Positions 37,370 to 47,317 of a DNA stretch of 55,641 bases are shown one piece after another. The translations under genes were made by a program, and so were the position numbers. The notes under the pieces are model-generated. The model did not search any database and was not told the DNA's origin. It saw only the letters and a list, made by a program, of their open reading frames with translations. This DNA comes from a virus (Duplodnaviria > Caudoviricetes). The stretch lies in the IMG/VR virus record IMGVR_UViG_3300020478_000010, positions 1 to 55,641 of that record, one strand, 5' to 3'. Numbering within the stretch: position 1 is the first letter of the stretch; every line of letters begins with the position of its first letter.

Positions 37370-39091
37370 TTATCTTCTTGCTCCTAACTGATATTCTAAT
37401 TGAAATCCTTTTAATGAGTATGGTGCTGTTGTAGCATTATCATTTACTCTTAATGCTACTGCAAAACCTGAACCCTCTACGGATTGTCTTAATAATGGTT
37501 GTGATGCACCCCCATACGTGGGCGTTCCATATGTTGATGTTCCATATATAGCAACCACATCTTCAGAATCTAATGGATATGCTGCGGGTCTTGCAGAATT
37601 TCTGTCTTCATAGTCATATCTTACAAACATATCAGCATTAATAGCTGATTCAGGTTTGTAGTTAACTATGACCCTTTGCATATGTTTTCTTATACCGGGG
37701 TCTCCAAAAGTTAAATCAGGACTTCTATACCTACCTGATACTTTTGTTCCATCAAAATCATTGCCCTTTTCTTGCCTGTATATATATCCGTCATACCCAC
37801 CATGTAAAACTAATACATTACCTGCTTCTACAAACGTATCTGTAGCAGATGGTTTTATCCCTTTTAATTCTGCAAACTCAAAGGTCTGACCTTTCATAAC
37901 GCAGATAACACCTCTTGTGTTATCTTCGGACGTCCCGTCTTTTGCAAAAAATATTCTATATTGCGTTTTATCAGGTATAACTATTGACTCAAATAGTGCC
38001 GCATCAACTAAATTTTCATCAAATATAGACTGCACATTTGCACTAATAGTTCCAAGTTCAACGTCCCCAATTCTTGCTGTACCTGCAACTGTACGTAATC
38101 CATCTGGTCCTAAAAATATTAAGTCACCTGCAAATTCTTGTATGGTATCTCCGTTTATACAACCGATATTTCTTGTGACAGGCGTTATTGCAAAATCACT
38201 TGAGGAACTTCCTGTTAGTTTAAAAATTCTGTTTTCGCAAAATATAAATAAATCATTACGAAAAGCTTTCATTCCTACAATAGTATCATCAATTTTTATA
38301 CTACCTGCACCACTACCACTATTAAATGCATCTTCATCAAAGGGCTGACTAAATACTAAGGTTTGTGGTGTGCTAGACATACCAGCATAGAACATATGTT
38401 CCCTAAATGCTGTTACAAATTTTGCACCTTCTACGCTTGATTCAGTAACATCTGTTGCTGAAAAAGATGTATTAAAAACTGTAGGGTCGTTTGTGCCATC
38501 TGTAACGATTATTTTATCATTACCATCAAAATTAAATCTTTCAAATGCGTATTTACTTGCATTAGTCCTGCCTGTGTCTCTTTGTGTCCAACTTTCAGAA
38601 ACTGCACTATTAACTATATGTGCTGCAGCAGTTGTAGAACTTTGTGCCCTTGTTACACCTGTAAAAGTTGTTGATGTAACACCTGTATAAGTAAATATTT
38701 CTGAGTCAATTTGTAATGTACCACTTGAACTAAACCCTGTTGTGCTATCTACAGTTATAGTTCCTGACCCTGACATTGTTGCACTTGATGTTATTGCAGA
38801 TGCTAATTCAGTTGAAGCTGAACTAAATATTTTTTCACCTCTTGCAGCAACAATATTATTATTAAAAAATGCTACCATCAAAACTTTTTCAGAACTAGTT
38901 GATGTTTGAGGTACGATATGATTTATATGTTTTCTAAAACCATTTATTCTTCTGTAGCCACCCTCTATATCAGGTTCAAAATTTAATAGCTCTATTGCTT
39001 GACCCGCTTGCATAATAAATGTTGAACGGCTTTTAATTAAACCTCCTTCACACACAAATGCTGAAGGTTGTGTTTGAGATAAATCTGGCAT
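37370..39091 (-). CDS. Tail nozzle / tubular protein B-like
   Basis: LLNFEPDIEGGYRRING, beta-propeller-like; follows the adaptor gene. Confidence 0.75.
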   Translation of the reverse strand: MPDLSQTQPSAFVCEGGLIKSRSTFIMQAGQAIELLNFEPDIEGGYRRINGFRKHINHIVPQTSTSSEKVLMVAFFNNNIVAARGEKIFSSASTELASAITSSATMSGSGTITVDSTTGFSSSGTLQIDSEIFTYTGVTSTTFTGVTRAQSSTTAAAHIVNSAVSESWTQRDTGRTNASKYAFERFNFDGNDKIIVTDGTNDPTVFNTSFSATDVTESSVEGAKFVTAFREHMFYAGMSSTPQTLVFSQPFDEDAFNSGSGAGSIKIDDTIVGMKAFRNDLFIFCENRIFKLTGSSSSDFAITPVTRNIGCINGDTIQEFAGDLIFLGPDGLRTVAGTARIGDVELGTISANVQSIFDENLVDAALFESIVIPDKTQYRIFFAKDGTSEDNTRGVICVMKGQTFEFAELKGIKPSATDTFVEAGNVLVLHGGYDGYIYRQEKGNDFDGTKVSGRYRSPDLTFGDPGIRKHMQRVIVNYKPESAINADMFVRYDYEDRNSARPAAYPLDSEDVVAIYGTSTYGTPTYGGASQPLLRQSVEGSGFAVALRVNDNATTAPYSLKGFQLEYQLGARR

Positions 39092-40029
39092 TATGAAGTT
39101 ACTTCACTAGTAAAGTATCCTGCCATGCTATCGGGTTTAAATATAACTGTAGAACGAACATATTGATACTTATTAACTAATAAACTTTGCATGTTTTTTA
39201 TGCCTTGTTCAAAACGAGCAAAATTTAATTGATATTGTTGAATTTCTCCTCTGTATTGATACGCATATGCTGTAGCACCATCTACAATTACTGGAGCAAA
39301 TCTATCGGGTATTGAAGTTGTATCACTATGTGCTGACAAACTAGATGAAAAAGTAAAATAGTCATACTTTAAAGCGTATGTTTTATTAGGAAAAGGATAT
39401 AATAAATAATTATTATCTAATGTTCTAATAACGTATAGAGGAACTCCTCCGTTATCAAACTCTGCTACTTGTACATCATCTGAATGAGCAGCGGCTGTAG
39501 TTGAATTAGCACCTCTTGTTACACCTGTAAAAGTTGTAGAAGTTGTGCCTGTATATGTTACTTGTTCATTTGCAATATGCAAAGTTCCAGAAGATGAAAA
39601 TCCTGTTGTGCTATTAACTGTAATTGTTGTAGCAGAATCTGTTAGTGAACCATCTAAATTAGTAGTAGTTACATCATCTTCCTGTGATATGTATTTATCA
39701 ACATACTCATTATAATTTAACATGGTAAGACTGCTACCACTTGTACCTAAATCTGTATCTTTAGCTATTCTAAATGTATTATAATCTGCATGTTTTGCAT
39801 CTGTAGGCAAAGAATATCTAACTGTGCCCGGAACTAAAGTTTCTGTTTTAGCCGAATGATTAAAAGGATAATTAAATTCTCTTTGATTAATATAACGTAT
39901 GGCTTCATTAACTGCATTTTGTGCTTGTGTTTGTATGCCTCTAGCACTCGTAAAGTTACTAGAAGTAAGTTGTACTTCATTCATTCTAGATAGAACGCTA
40001 TTAGTTAATGTAAGAAATGTTTCTGCCAT
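39091..40029 (-). CDS. Head-tail adaptor / tail tubular protein A-like
   Basis: FLTLTNSVLSRMNEV...AVNEAIRYI...LLYPFP...IPDRF. Confidence 0.75.
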   Translation of the reverse strand: MAETFLTLTNSVLSRMNEVQLTSSNFTSARGIQTQAQNAVNEAIRYINQREFNYPFNHSAKTETLVPGTVRYSLPTDAKHADYNTFRIAKDTDLGTSGSSLTMLNYNEYVDKYISQEDDVTTTNLDGSLTDSATTITVNSTTGFSSSGTLHIANEQVTYTGTTSTTFTGVTRGANSTTAAAHSDDVQVAEFDNGGVPLYVIRTLDNNYLLYPFPNKTYALKYDYFTFSSSLSAHSDTTSIPDRFAPVIVDGATAYAYQYRGEIQQYQLNFARFEQGIKNMQSLLVNKYQYVRSTVIFKPDSMAGYFTSEVTS

Positions 40030-40043
40030 GGTTAATTCGTATT

Positions 40044-40072
40044 AAAAGGGTGACAAGTTTCCCTGCCACCCT
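40044..40072 (-). terminator. Intrinsic terminator after the capsid/decoration genes
   Basis: - strand AGGGTGGCAGG-GAAA-CTTGTCACCCT followed by TTT. Confidence 0.75.
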
Positions 40073-40087
40073 ATAAAAGTTAAGCCG

Positions 40088-40618
40088 TTAAGCTAATTGG
40101 TCTCTATCGACTTCGTCAGGCTTATCGTCTAATCCATGCCCTGCTAAATCAATAACAGTTGCATAGACTCTGAGTCTACCTGTAGCTGGAGCAGCACCTG
40201 CAATCGTACAATCAATAGTATCAGTAGTAGTGATAAATTGAGTGTAAGTTGAAGCTGCACTTCCTACAACAGTGTTAGTTTGACCATTAGTTCCTGCCGC
40301 ACAAAAACCTGTAGAGGTTATATCTGCACCATCAATAATGTCATCACCACCACCAAAGTCCATGTCAAGAGTACAACTTGAAGTAAATGCTTTCATTACT
40401 TCTGCACCTGAATTTAAGACTAAAGTGTTTGCAGGGATTTCTAACACCTGAAAGACATCTCCGTCTGAAAAGCTACCACCTGCTGCTACTAACGCATCAA
40501 TATCAAGGTAAGCCTCAATATTTCTCATAACATTAGTATTCTTAGATGATGGCATAGCCACGATAGAGTCGGAAGATACACCAGTGGTATCTTTAGAAGT
40601 TAAATCATAAGTTGCCAT
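40088..40618 (-). CDS. Capsid decoration / minor capsid protein
   Basis: Directly after the MCP, GGAGG SD, beta-rich (GDVFQVLEIPANTLV). Confidence 0.65.
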   Translation of the reverse strand: MATYDLTSKDTTGVSSDSIVAMPSSKNTNVMRNIEAYLDIDALVAAGGSFSDGDVFQVLEIPANTLVLNSGAEVMKAFTSSCTLDMDFGGGDDIIDGADITSTGFCAAGTNGQTNTVVGSAASTYTQFITTTDTIDCTIAGAAPATGRLRVYATVIDLAGHGLDDKPDEVDRDQLA

Positions 40619-40628
40619 TTATACCTCC

Positions 40629-41702
40629 CTACGCTACGTTGTATTTAGCAGTTGCGATTGCTTCAGGTCGAAGAATCTTTCTGCCATATAAATGCATTCC
40701 ACGAACAATGTCCGCAAAAGAATCCGGGTCTCTATAAGACTCAGTCTTTGTAATCTGAGAAGCCGAAGCTATAGCAGATGAATGCCCTGCCACGATAACA
40801 CCATAGTTACTATTTTGGTTTGCAGAACCTGAAGTTCCCGGACCTGTACCAACTGAAGGTAAGTTATTTGACATATAGATATCAAAGCCGTGAAGCTGAC
40901 CAACAGCTAAACCTGACCTTAATCCACCTGACTCACCGAAGTCTGCATTGAGAAGTCTTGAGTCTTCATCTTTGAGAACTTCAATAAATGTTGGATGTAG
41001 GACAAGCCATCTGCCATCTGAATCCACGAACTGAGTATCAAGCAATCTAGCCATTCTAGCAATAACCTGTAAAGGTGTTGCTGTAGCAGTTGCTTGTGCA
41101 GTTGCACCGCCCATTCTTGGTGCAAGTGGAATAGAGTGGTCGCCTGCACTAGAAGTTGTGATGTTGCTAAAGCTATCTTTTCTTAGCTTCATGGAAGTCA
41201 ACAATTCATCAGAACCTGCTGTTGATACTGCTTTTGTGCCGCTAACGACATCATTTGCAGTTCCAGCTAAAGAACTAATTGATGCTTGCTTGAAACCAGA
41301 TAAGTAACCAAGAACTTCCATATCATGTTGGTCTTTAAGTCTATATCCTGCTCTATCTGATGCAAGAGACTCAAAGTTTACATGACTATGTGCTTCTTCG
41401 ATATCATCTATTTTAAATGCAAAATAATTTGCTTTGTCAACGACAAGAGAAAAATCTTCGTCGTCGAGGTCTTGTGGTTGAATGTTTACGCCACGGGCGT
41501 ATTCCTTCACGGTGATTTCTGGTTCTTTAATAATCTTAACAGTATCACCAAAGTTTGCAATTTCTCCGAAGTAATCACTATTAGTAATTGATTCAGCTAC
41601 GGAAGATTTGCGGAAAGCCTGCTGAACTTTCTGGGAATAAATAATTGGACTGAAATTACCATTAGGTAGATTCCCGTATCCAGCAGCAGTTTTAAAAGCC
41701 AT
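40629..41702 (-). CDS. Major capsid protein
   Basis: NFSPIIYSQKV, GEIANFGDTVKIIKEP, FADIVRGMHLYGRKILRPE; position after scaffold. Confidence 0.92.
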   Translation of the reverse strand: MAFKTAAGYGNLPNGNFSPIIYSQKVQQAFRKSSVAESITNSDYFGEIANFGDTVKIIKEPEITVKEYARGVNIQPQDLDDEDFSLVVDKANYFAFKIDDIEEAHSHVNFESLASDRAGYRLKDQHDMEVLGYLSGFKQASISSLAGTANDVVSGTKAVSTAGSDELLTSMKLRKDSFSNITTSSAGDHSIPLAPRMGGATAQATATATPLQVIARMARLLDTQFVDSDGRWLVLHPTFIEVLKDEDSRLLNADFGESGGLRSGLAVGQLHGFDIYMSNNLPSVGTGPGTSGSANQNSNYGVIVAGHSSAIASASQITKTESYRDPDSFADIVRGMHLYGRKILRPEAIATAKYNVA

Positions 41703-41872
41703 AATATTTCTCCTCGGGCTATAATACTACAATTTCTGAACACATATGAAAGACCAGACGTACAGGTATCCGAAAGGGGCTGAACAAAACTGGGTAGTTT
41801 CTCAGAGTCTAAAATCGTTTTTATGTAGGGTAAGAGTAGTCGTCCAATGAACGAGGTCTATTGTGATACTAT

Positions 41873-41900
41873 ATTTTACCACATTTTTCTACATTTGCAA
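41873..41900 (-). promoter_or_regulatory. Promoter for the capsid gene
   Basis: - strand TTGCAA...TGG-TAAAAT (extended -10), about 165 nt upstream of the MCP start. Confidence 0.55.
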
Positions 41901-41909
41901 AGAAAAAAA

Positions 41910-42773
41910 TTAAGTAGCAGGTCTACTTACGTCATAAATAAAGTCTCCTGACCTTATTGCAGACATAATTGCATCCTCATTTTTTTCAAACTGTTGAGCT
42001 GTCATCTTAGCAACTTGCGATTCTTTAAATTGATTTGACTGCTTATCTTTAGTAGGTGCAGGACTTGCAGAAGCCCCTTTTGATACGGCTTTTGCAGCAT
42101 CTTTATTACTAAAAGTTTTTTTAGTTTGCGTCATACCCATATCAGATTTATACAAATCAATCGCTCTTGCAGCAGCTTTTGCATCACTATCGTTTTCATA
42201 TAGTGCCTGTTGTATAAGCTTTGGTTGAGTTTCAACCCAATCATGAAACTTTTGGTCATTTCTAATATCATCAAAATCAGGATGAGATGACATAAGCTCT
42301 ACTTCTGCTCTAGCTCTGTCTGCATATGCTTCTTTTTCAGCTATAATTTTCATGCGTTCTTCTAACGAAGAATCCAATTCTTTTGCTTTTTTAGTTGCAA
42401 TAGTTTCTATAACTTGTGCAACATCAGGATACTTTGATGACCAAGCAGCCAATTCTTCTTCAGATTTAGGCATTTTAATTTCTTTATTAACTGTGCTTGC
42501 AACTTGTTCTTTTAGTTTAAGTATTTCTTTTTTATAGTCGTCTTCTTTTTGTTGAGTGTATCTGCGTAAATCGCCATATCTCTTTTTAAATGTTTTTTCT
42601 TCAGGATTTAAAGAGTCTGTTTCTTCAGCATCTTTCTTTTCTTCTTCTTCCTGTTGCAATGTCGCATCTCTTTCAGCGACTAATGTTTTTAAATTCTCTT
42701 CTTCAGAGTTATCATTACGTTTATATTTAATAGGTTTTTTTACTATTTCTTTTTTAACAGCCTGTTCAGCCAT
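41910..42773 (-). CDS. Capsid scaffolding protein
   Basis: Charged coiled coil, EKTFKKRYGDLRR, HPDF; between portal and MCP. Confidence 0.8.
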   Translation of the reverse strand: MAEQAVKKEIVKKPIKYKRNDNSEEENLKTLVAERDATLQQEEEEKKDAEETDSLNPEEKTFKKRYGDLRRYTQQKEDDYKKEILKLKEQVASTVNKEIKMPKSEEELAAWSSKYPDVAQVIETIATKKAKELDSSLEERMKIIAEKEAYADRARAEVELMSSHPDFDDIRNDQKFHDWVETQPKLIQQALYENDSDAKAAARAIDLYKSDMGMTQTKKTFSNKDAAKAVSKGASASPAPTKDKQSNQFKESQVAKMTAQQFEKNEDAIMSAIRSGDFIYDVSRPAT

Positions 42774-42851
42774 AGTCTTCTCCTCTTTAGAGCCACCAGT
42801 TGCCTGTTAGGGGTGATGGGTAGCCAAAGTACGACCTAAGTCGTGAAAGTA

Positions 42852-45005
42852 TTATATGTCTTTAGAAACAAAAAGTCCAGTAATAAAAAACTGTACAGTT
42901 CTAAAGTAGTAATTTAATCTCAGTTTTAAACCCTTTTTAAGTCCTCTGCCAAAAGAAACAAAGTCCTTAAACTCTTGATAAAATTGTGACGCAGTATCTT
43001 GTTCAACGTGTTTGCCTGCTAAGTACCTATAACCACGTCTAAATGCTTCACCATACCATTTACCATGATATGTTTTTTCGCACCATATCTCTGCTTTAGC
43101 TTTTTCCATTGGACTAAAGCCACCATTAGCTACACCATGTGTTGCAATAACACATTTTTCATCTTTTTCTTGTTTTTCTTCTTTCTCTTCTTTGCCAAGA
43201 TTAACCCCTAATATTTTTCCGCCTGTGCCTGTTGTAATAGTAACCGGCTTAGAATCTTCATGTTTAGATTCTATTGTAGTGCCTTGGACTGGGTCTCGTT
43301 TAACCACAGTTCTAGGCTCAGGTTCAGGTTTAGGTTTTATTGGAGCACCATAGTCTTCGTCTCTGTAGGGCGTGTATGGTTCTTCAGCTTGTTGGGCTAA
43401 AATTTGTTGAGTTTGTGTATTTACTTCTTCTCCCGGAAAAGAACCTTCATCAACTTTTTTAGATAACGCTTCATCAATACTAATTTCTTCAGGCGGAGCT
43501 TCTTTTCTTGCTTTAGCAACGTCACTTTGATAATATCGTTTAACCGCTTCGTCTATTGGTCTAGTGCCATCAGGTCGTTCTGCATTGTTAAATAAAAATC
43601 CGGGTAAACCAAATGAACCAAGAGGTGTGTTGGCTTTAATATTACCCCCTTGTATATATAGTGCTATTTCTTCAGGTGTAGTAAACCCTGCAGCAATAGC
43701 TTGTGTTACAGCACTATCGTAACTTCTGTCCATATCTGCACGTGCCTGTGCCATACTTTGGGGTGACGTAGCATCATCTCTTGGGTCGACTTTTGGAGGT
43801 TCAACTAAAGGAGCCAGTGTTGTTGTAACTTTAGGAGCTTCAGGTGCACCATCATCTTCTTCAGGATTAATAATATCAGTATAACTTCCTACATTAGGTG
43901 CAACAATAGGTGCATTAGGATTTGTTACTGGAGCATAAGCAAGTGTCAGAGGATTAGATGGAGGATAAGGCAGATAAGGGTAGGGGCTCATGTAACCGGG
44001 AAAAGGACCCATTCCCGGAAGGGCATTAACGCGTCGGGTGTTGTTTGTGTTTGATGTGTTAACCAAACCTTTATTTGCTTTTTTTATACCAGTATCGTAA
44101 TTAATCTGTCCAGAGTTCTCCATTTCTGATAATCCCATAAGAGCTTCTCGTCTTAGTCCTTCATATGTACCAAGTCCATGATATCGTACAACATTAGCAG
44201 GAACGACTAACTCACCTTCACTCATCAACACATGCTGGTCATCAGCTACTTCATCTGCTGTTGCTCCCGGAGGTGGGTCTTTTGGTGTACCCATAGAAGC
44301 TTCTTCATAAGCTGGCATAGGAGAACTACCAAGTCCAATAACAACAGACATGCCTTCTTTATCTGTTTTTGTTCCGCCACGTTTTGCCATCATTGGTTTT
44401 TCAGGTGGCATCATATCTAAAGCAGGAGCAGCTAAACCTTGAGCTCCTTGTGCTACAAGACTATCTGATGTAAGAGGAGCAGGGGGAGCAGGAGAAGTAG
44501 GGGGAGTAGGGGGAGTAGGAGGTTTCTGCGCCTGTTTTTTTTGACTTTGTTGCATTACAAGTTGTATTGCTTCATCTCTTGGGTCAGTTCCCGGTCCTGC
44601 CTTTGGTTTTGGAACAGGTGGGGGTGGCATTAATGTAGCAGGATTACCTGCTTTTGGTGCATTACCTTGCGGTGCAGCCTGTGCTTCTGTCATTGGGTTT
44701 GCCATTATCTCTCCTCCTCTGGCTTTTCTCTGTGGTACAATATCACTTAGTGCCTTTGAAAATGCTGTAGGGTCTAGCCCTTCAGGCACTAATAGTGCAT
44801 CACCTAATTCTTCTGCTTTTTTTATAGCTTCTTTATCTTTTAATTTATAAAGTTTTCCATCTTCTCCCATACGAATAGTTGGTACTAAATACATTTTACC
44901 ATCTATTTCTACATCAATGGTTCTCATGGTTTCATTATCATCAGTCATTGGTGTACTAGGGTCAAAAGCCCTTTTTAACCAAGATGGTAATTTATCATTT
45001 GCCAT
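42852..45005 (-). CDS. Modular head-associated protein (Pro-rich; DDxxxxxSEGExVVPA domain; C-terminal CVIATH domain)
   Basis: ADDQHVLMSEGELVVPANVVRYHG; KCVIATHG...FRRGY; possible internal ATG at 44705 after GGAGGAG. Confidence 0.65.
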   Translation of the reverse strand: MANDKLPSWLKRAFDPSTPMTDDNETMRTIDVEIDGKMYLVPTIRMGEDGKLYKLKDKEAIKKAEELGDALLVPEGLDPTAFSKALSDIVPQRKARGGEIMANPMTEAQAAPQGNAPKAGNPATLMPPPPVPKPKAGPGTDPRDEAIQLVMQQSQKKQAQKPPTPPTPPTSPAPPAPLTSDSLVAQGAQGLAAPALDMMPPEKPMMAKRGGTKTDKEGMSVVIGLGSSPMPAYEEASMGTPKDPPPGATADEVADDQHVLMSEGELVVPANVVRYHGLGTYEGLRREALMGLSEMENSGQINYDTGIKKANKGLVNTSNTNNTRRVNALPGMGPFPGYMSPYPYLPYPPSNPLTLAYAPVTNPNAPIVAPNVGSYTDIINPEEDDGAPEAPKVTTTLAPLVEPPKVDPRDDATSPQSMAQARADMDRSYDSAVTQAIAAGFTTPEEIALYIQGGNIKANTPLGSFGLPGFLFNNAERPDGTRPIDEAVKRYYQSDVAKARKEAPPEEISIDEALSKKVDEGSFPGEEVNTQTQQILAQQAEEPYTPYRDEDYGAPIKPKPEPEPRTVVKRDPVQGTTIESKHEDSKPVTITTGTGGKILGVNLGKEEKEEKQEKDEKCVIATHGVANGGFSPMEKAKAEIWCEKTYHGKWYGEAFRRGYRYLAGKHVEQDTASQFYQEFKDFVSFGRGLKKGLKLRLNYYFRTVQFFITGLFVSKDI

Positions 45006-45210
45006 TTGCTAATACTTCATCTCGTAGAGTCTTTAATCTTTTTAATTCTCTAATTGCACCTTGTGCCATGTGAACTTCTCTAATATCTTCTGTCTGTTCT
45101 AGCACCTTGTGCATATCTTCTATACGTGACTCCATATATATCTCTAATGAGTCCATATTCTTTTTTATATTTACAAACGACGCTAATTTACGTGCAACAT
45201 CTACTATCAT
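44995..45210 (-). CDS. Small conserved protein downstream of portal
   Basis: HMAQGAIRELKRLKTLRDEV pattern. Confidence 0.7.
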   Translation of the reverse strand: MIVDVARKLASFVNIKKNMDSLEIYMESRIEDMHKVLEQTEDIREVHMAQGAIRELKRLKTLRDEVLANGK

Positions 45211-47315
45211 TGTGCTCCGCCAAGTAACTGTTCTAATCCTTGTGCAGCTTGTGGTTCAGCTTGTGTCTTCGGTGCACTAAATCCTTGTTCACCCGGAGCA
45301 GGAGCTTGTCCAACACCTATGTTGCCTCCACCACCACCAGATGGGTCAGCAGCATTTATACCTTGTGCCCCACCTTGTTCGCCACCATCATCATCTTTAA
45401 CACCACCTGCAGCTTTAATTATTTCTGCTTGTACAAAAGCTTCACGTTCGTCATTAATTAATTTTTCTGAATCAAGGTCCATAGCTGCACCTAATTCTCT
45501 TAATATAACTGGTATTTTTAAATAGGGTGCTACAGCAGGGTTGTTACCAATTTGTAATAGTTGTAGTAGTCTTTGACTTCTAACTTCATTCTTCATTAAA
45601 CTTTCTGTACCACGGGCTTTAACTTCTAAATCACCACGTGCTTCAGGGTCAAAATCAAACTGCATATTAAATGCAAATAATGCTTCTCCTAAAGGTTGTA
45701 ATAAATAATCATCTAAATTTTTTACTACACTTTTTATAGATAACTGTGCCGCACCCATCAACATACTTATACCAGCTGCTGTTCTTCCTGTACCTGCTAC
45801 GCCTGTTTGTCCATGTGAGTAAGATGGTATGCCTGTAGCATCATCCGCTAACACACGTGCTTTGTCAAACATCATCATATTCTCTTGGCTGACGTTGGGG
45901 TATTTAGTTCCGAACAGAGCTTGACCGGGTGCTCCACCTTGTCTTCTAAATACTTTGCCGGGATATACCTGTAAGTCTTGTCCCGGAACTAAATTAGTTT
46001 CATCTATTTCAAACACTAGGTTACCTGATAATACAGCATTATCAACAGCCATTCTCATAAAGCCATTCATAAGTGTTTGTGAGTCTGTCATATTTTCAGC
46101 AAGTCCTACACCAAAAAATGAATATGGATTTGTTTCATAAGGTGTAGCAAAGTAAGGTATTCTTTTTGGGCTAAAAGGATTTATAACCATGCGTAGTATT
46201 TGATTGTTACATACCCAAATATTTACTTGTAGTGTGTCAACATCTTGTAGTTCGTTTGGTACATCAAGTCCAGCTTCTTCTGCTAAACTTTTATCTATGT
46301 TGCCCCAAAACTCTAATATTTCAAATCTGTCAACATCATACTGTGTTTCATTATCTCGTAAGTCTGTTTCCCACCATTTACGAGTATAATTATATCCCAT
46401 TTCAATACACTCATTAATTGCATCTGTATTAAAATAAGGTCGTCTTTTTAAATTACGTAATTCAGAATGGCTCATCTTATGTCGCTGTATAACATACTCA
46501 ACCTCTGACATATTATTTGCATCATAGTCAGGATAAAAATTCCATATTGAAACAGCTTCAACTTTAGGAACTGTTTTACTTTCAGGACTATACGTGCCTT
46601 CTTCGTCCCAATTAGCCAATTCTTTATCAAAAGCAAAAGGTCCCTTTAATATTCCTGTACCAAAAAGAGCCATTTCAAATGCTACATTACGTAAATGTTT
46701 AGACGCACTTGATTCTTCTAGTTGGTCAAGTATCTTTTTTTCCATTCTTTTAGCTGCTTTTTGTGCAGGATAAAAAGTTTGGGATGTTGGTGTTTTACCA
46801 ACTCCCATATTTAATTTTTCATTAATTGGTTCTAGGTCATCAGTAAATGCCCCTAAATTTTTTTCCTTATCCAATGTTTCTTTAGTTGCTCCCGGAGCTA
46901 AATCTTTTCCGTCCCCCGGAAACCCATAAACATTTTTTAATTCTTCCATAGCATTTTCAGGGTCTTTAGGGTCAAAATGTACAGCTTCTGTAACACCATC
47001 AGGTATCCTTGTCGGGTCGACTCCTAGAGGAAATCGTTGTCCTGCAAACAATACGTCAATTATCTGTCCGTACGCTGCAAGAACTTTTGTTTTAGTTATC
47101 TTAATAAATACTTTAGACCTTTCAGTTTCAGTAAACTGCATGTCTGTGCTGTAAAGACCTCTATATTGTCTATAAGCATTTAGCCAACGCTCTTCATCAT
47201 ATCGTCTTGAATCTTCAGCTGAATCAAATTTTTCTTTTACGTAAGCTGCTAATTCTTCTTTTGGAGACTTTGGTTCAAACACCATAGCTTCAATATTTTC
47301 ATCTTCTTCTGCCAT
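45207..47315 (-). CDS. Portal protein
   Basis: 702 aa; KITKTKVLAAY, FGTGILKGP, RTAAGISML; follows the terminase. Confidence 0.9.
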   Translation of the reverse strand: MAEEDENIEAMVFEPKSPKEELAAYVKEKFDSAEDSRRYDEERWLNAYRQYRGLYSTDMQFTETERSKVFIKITKTKVLAAYGQIIDVLFAGQRFPLGVDPTRIPDGVTEAVHFDPKDPENAMEELKNVYGFPGDGKDLAPGATKETLDKEKNLGAFTDDLEPINEKLNMGVGKTPTSQTFYPAQKAAKRMEKKILDQLEESSASKHLRNVAFEMALFGTGILKGPFAFDKELANWDEEGTYSPESKTVPKVEAVSIWNFYPDYDANNMSEVEYVIQRHKMSHSELRNLKRRPYFNTDAINECIEMGYNYTRKWWETDLRDNETQYDVDRFEILEFWGNIDKSLAEEAGLDVPNELQDVDTLQVNIWVCNNQILRMVINPFSPKRIPYFATPYETNPYSFFGVGLAENMTDSQTLMNGFMRMAVDNAVLSGNLVFEIDETNLVPGQDLQVYPGKVFRRQGGAPGQALFGTKYPNVSQENMMMFDKARVLADDATGIPSYSHGQTGVAGTGRTAAGISMLMGAAQLSIKSVVKNLDDYLLQPLGEALFAFNMQFDFDPEARGDLEVKARGTESLMKNEVRSQRLLQLLQIGNNPAVAPYLKIPVILRELGAAMDLDSEKLINDEREAFVQAEIIKAAGGVKDDDGGEQGGAQGINAADPSGGGGGNIGVGQAPAPGEQGFSAPKTQAEPQAAQGLEQLLGGAQ

Positions 47316-47317
47316 AA

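Noticed and set aside
43810-43835. VTTTLAPLVE in the 717-aa head protein as a second graspetide core
   Set aside because: Lacks the GE[ED] acidic pair at TTxxxxEE spacing; probably just a low-complexity linker
18743-46417. Many + strand ORFs of 60-160 aa opposite the structural genes
   Set aside because: Antisense shadows of long - strand genes with biased codon usage; no SD or motifs
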